DNA of 57,526 nucleotides, counting the filler, from Sluysia triapertura (taxonomy: Eukaryota), in NCBI GenBank assembly GCA_046118255.1. It is 5 parts of 5 records of this genome, joined end to end, with 100 filler letters (N's around TTAATTAATTAA, not from the genome) between each part and the next. Parts side by side here need not be neighbours in the genome. Positions count along the whole stretch, not along the records: positions 45,602 to 57,526 come from JBJNIA010155715.1; 4 more parts are not named here. One strand, written 5' to 3'. The notes below the pieces were generated by a model that had not been told where the DNA came from, made no database searches, and saw only the letters and a program-made list of their open reading frames with translations. Below, one piece after another: positions 55,101 to 57,526 of this stretch; positions within the stretch are counted from its first letter, which is position 1; each line of letters opens with the position of its first letter. The position numbers and the translations under genes are program-made.

Positions 55101-57199
55101 CAATAAAAACTAACAATCATAGCAAAGGACAAGTTATATTTGGTGTTATTTCTGTAGTGGCTATAAAAATTCAACGTCTTCGGAGTATTTAAGAATCTTG
55201 TGGCGCAGCTCATTTATTGTAATTTTCACAATTACTCAGTTTCCTCGTGATAAAAAGTGACTAGTTAATTCGAAACAACGATATACATAGATCATTATCA
55301 GCTGTTGCTAAATGAATGTAATGTAATTTTCTAATATAGGAAGAAAAGGTGGATTGTGTAAAAATTCCGCACCTAAAATTAGACTTATAAAAATTCTGCC
55401 CCCAACAAAAATAATTTTAAAAAATAAAAGTAAATAAATTCAAACAATAAAACAAAAACAAAAAAAACAATTTTTATTGATAAAAATCCTTGATTAATTC
55501 TAAAGTTTTTTTCAACACTCTAAAGTCATCTATTCACAAAATTCATTTAAATAATCCTGTAAAAATTTCTTTTGTTTTTAGCCCAATAAGATTTTATGTT
55601 TTGAGTGAACACTTGTTCATACCGTCCATTCATAAAAAGTACCTGGCATGGGGCAAAATTTATTTCAAATAATTTAAAAATAAGTAATAATAAAAATTTA
55701 AACAAATTAAATAAATTATTGTATAAAATTATTCTATTAAATTTTAATTATAAGGTGTAATTTTATTTTCTTTTAAAATTACACTTAAAAAAATTCTGCT
55801 CCAGAAATTACACTTGAGTAATTAAAAATTGAGTATGGAGTACCTATTTATTTGAAATTTCGTTATAACATTGCCTTATTTTGGGTTATTTTAGAACTAT
55901 GAATTTTATGAATTTTATTGTTGGTTCAATAAAATTTTGTGAAAAGGATTGAACCACCAGATGGATAATTGTTTGGAGTTGTTACTGAATAGATGAAGTG
56001 CCAGTTATGAGTGCACATCAAATATGGGGAGCAGGCATGTTTTGTTATGATTGGTGTGAGGTCCAAACCACCACTACCTATGATTTCATTTTCGAAACAC
56101 GCACTAACCCCATCCAAAACAGCTCAAACCTTTTACTTATCAAAGAAATATTCCTCGTGGCTTTAACCCCAATATATAATCCTTTTGCCATCATTAGCGT
56201 GATTGTTTTTTTCAATCTTTATATTAAAGATTCAAACACACTAAAGATAAATATGTTTAATTTCTAAAAATTTGTGCTTTAAATGTTAAAAATTCTTGTT
56301 TATTTATTAAGTTTAACGATAATATCTATTGATGTCATAAATTTGCACCAATTTTTTTTAATTAGTTGAAAATAGTTCTTAAGGCACTTTAAGAAAACTT
56401 TATTTATTATTTCCGCATTCATAAGTAAATCAAAATAACATTTAATTTGAAGAAATATAATGAAACATACTAGGATCGTCATGAATGCCAATTAAATCTA
56501 AATCGCCAAATTCAAAAGAATGAAAGTGTTCCACTAGGCCGTTTTACTTGGCCAATGAGCATCACTATCTTTCTCCGAGATCTGTGTTATCAATTATAAT
56601 TTTATAATCATTAGTTAAAACCTGTCTCTAGTGTAAATTGAGTATACGTTCTAATATTAACATTTTAATTAAAGTTGTCCACATTGGTGGTGGTGAATTT
56701 TCCGCTGGTGTCGGCAGAGGCTGCATCAATTATTTAGGTTTAATTTTTGGTTAAAGAAGCAGGTAGTACAGACCACTATTTCAGAGTGAAATGGCCGATT
56801 TATCCTGTCATTAAACATTTTTAAATTCGAAATTTTTCTTTTAACAGTTTTTAGATCAAAAATTATCAAATTAGGACTATTTAAAAAGAAATAATAATAA
56901 ACACCAAGATATTTATTCTTTAATAAATAAAAGTTACATAAATGAATGATTTTAAGGTTGATAACATTGTCAAACATCTCGGAAAGAAGAATTTCCTCAT
57001 AAAAAAGTTTATTAAAATCATGATTAAAAAAAGTCCATTTAACATTGTTGGAAACAAATTTTGTTTCAAAAAGTTGACCTGTCCACGTACGGCAAGTGTA
57101 GTTATTCTTGAGGAGTTCCACCGCGCTTTGCATGTAGTCGTAAACTGTTGCGGGAAGATAGACTATTTGAAAATTACTTTCTTCCATCAATATTTGCTT

Positions 57200-57487
57200 T
57201 GCTTTTGAACGTCTAATATCGGATGGAACCAATAAAATCGACTTTGACCAGAATACAGTGCCAAAATCAACAGCGTGATGAATTGTTGCTTCAATTCGCG
57301 CTAAAAAAACTATCACATTTTTAAATAGCATACACAAAGTTAATATTCGAGCATAAGCAATTGGATTTTCACTTCCTTGAAAATACGATTTACCATAATC
57401 ATCCAGTATCAATTTCTGTAAGTGCCGTAATGAACCTACTTCACCTACAGTTTTGTTAGTCTTATTCGTAAATGAAACATGATGCAA
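57200..57487 (-). pseudogene. NUP93: Nup93/Nic96 nucleoporin fragment within a chimeric ORF (56726-57487)
   Basis: LQKLILDDYGKSYFQGSENPIAYARILTLCMLFKNVIVFLARIEATIHHAVDFG resembles the Nup93 segment FQKQLLEDYGESHF...[21 protein letters not shown]...HAVHVA (recalled, not aligned). The flanking in-frame sequence does not resemble Nup93. Confidence 0.7.
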
Positions 57488-57526
57488 AGCGATGGGGCTA
57501 CCACCGGTTTGAAATACTCGGTTAGA

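Noticed and set aside
52184-57522. The two hAT-like ends as one TIR pair
   Set aside because: The two sequences are too dissimilar and no TSD can be checked at the window edge.

Overview
This is very AT-rich eukaryotic DNA, probably from an invertebrate (inference), not prokaryotic. It comes from a draft scaffold with five N-gaps, four of which carry an artificial TTAATTAATTAA linker. One gene is confidently identified: SMARCAD1/Fun30 (SNF2-family helicase), with six exons at 48928-52171 and three introns of only 34-36 nt; its C-terminal helicase lobe is not seen in the window. A large, unusually GC-rich terminal exon of an unidentified gene lies at 5215-6517, with candidate upstream exons including an 11-nt microexon. 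The rest is mostly decayed material: Tc1/mariner remnants, a hAT-like transposase pseudogene, a piggyBac-type end, a disabled C2H2 zinc-finger exon, a chimeric ORF containing a Nup93/Nic96 fragment, several unidentified decayed ORF blocks, and mini/microsatellites. The most notable pattern is a six-copy family of tRNA-like elements whose tRNA core follows a shared upstream leader and is enclosed by short inverted repeats, unlike a canonical SINE. All calls were made by eye; no searches were run.
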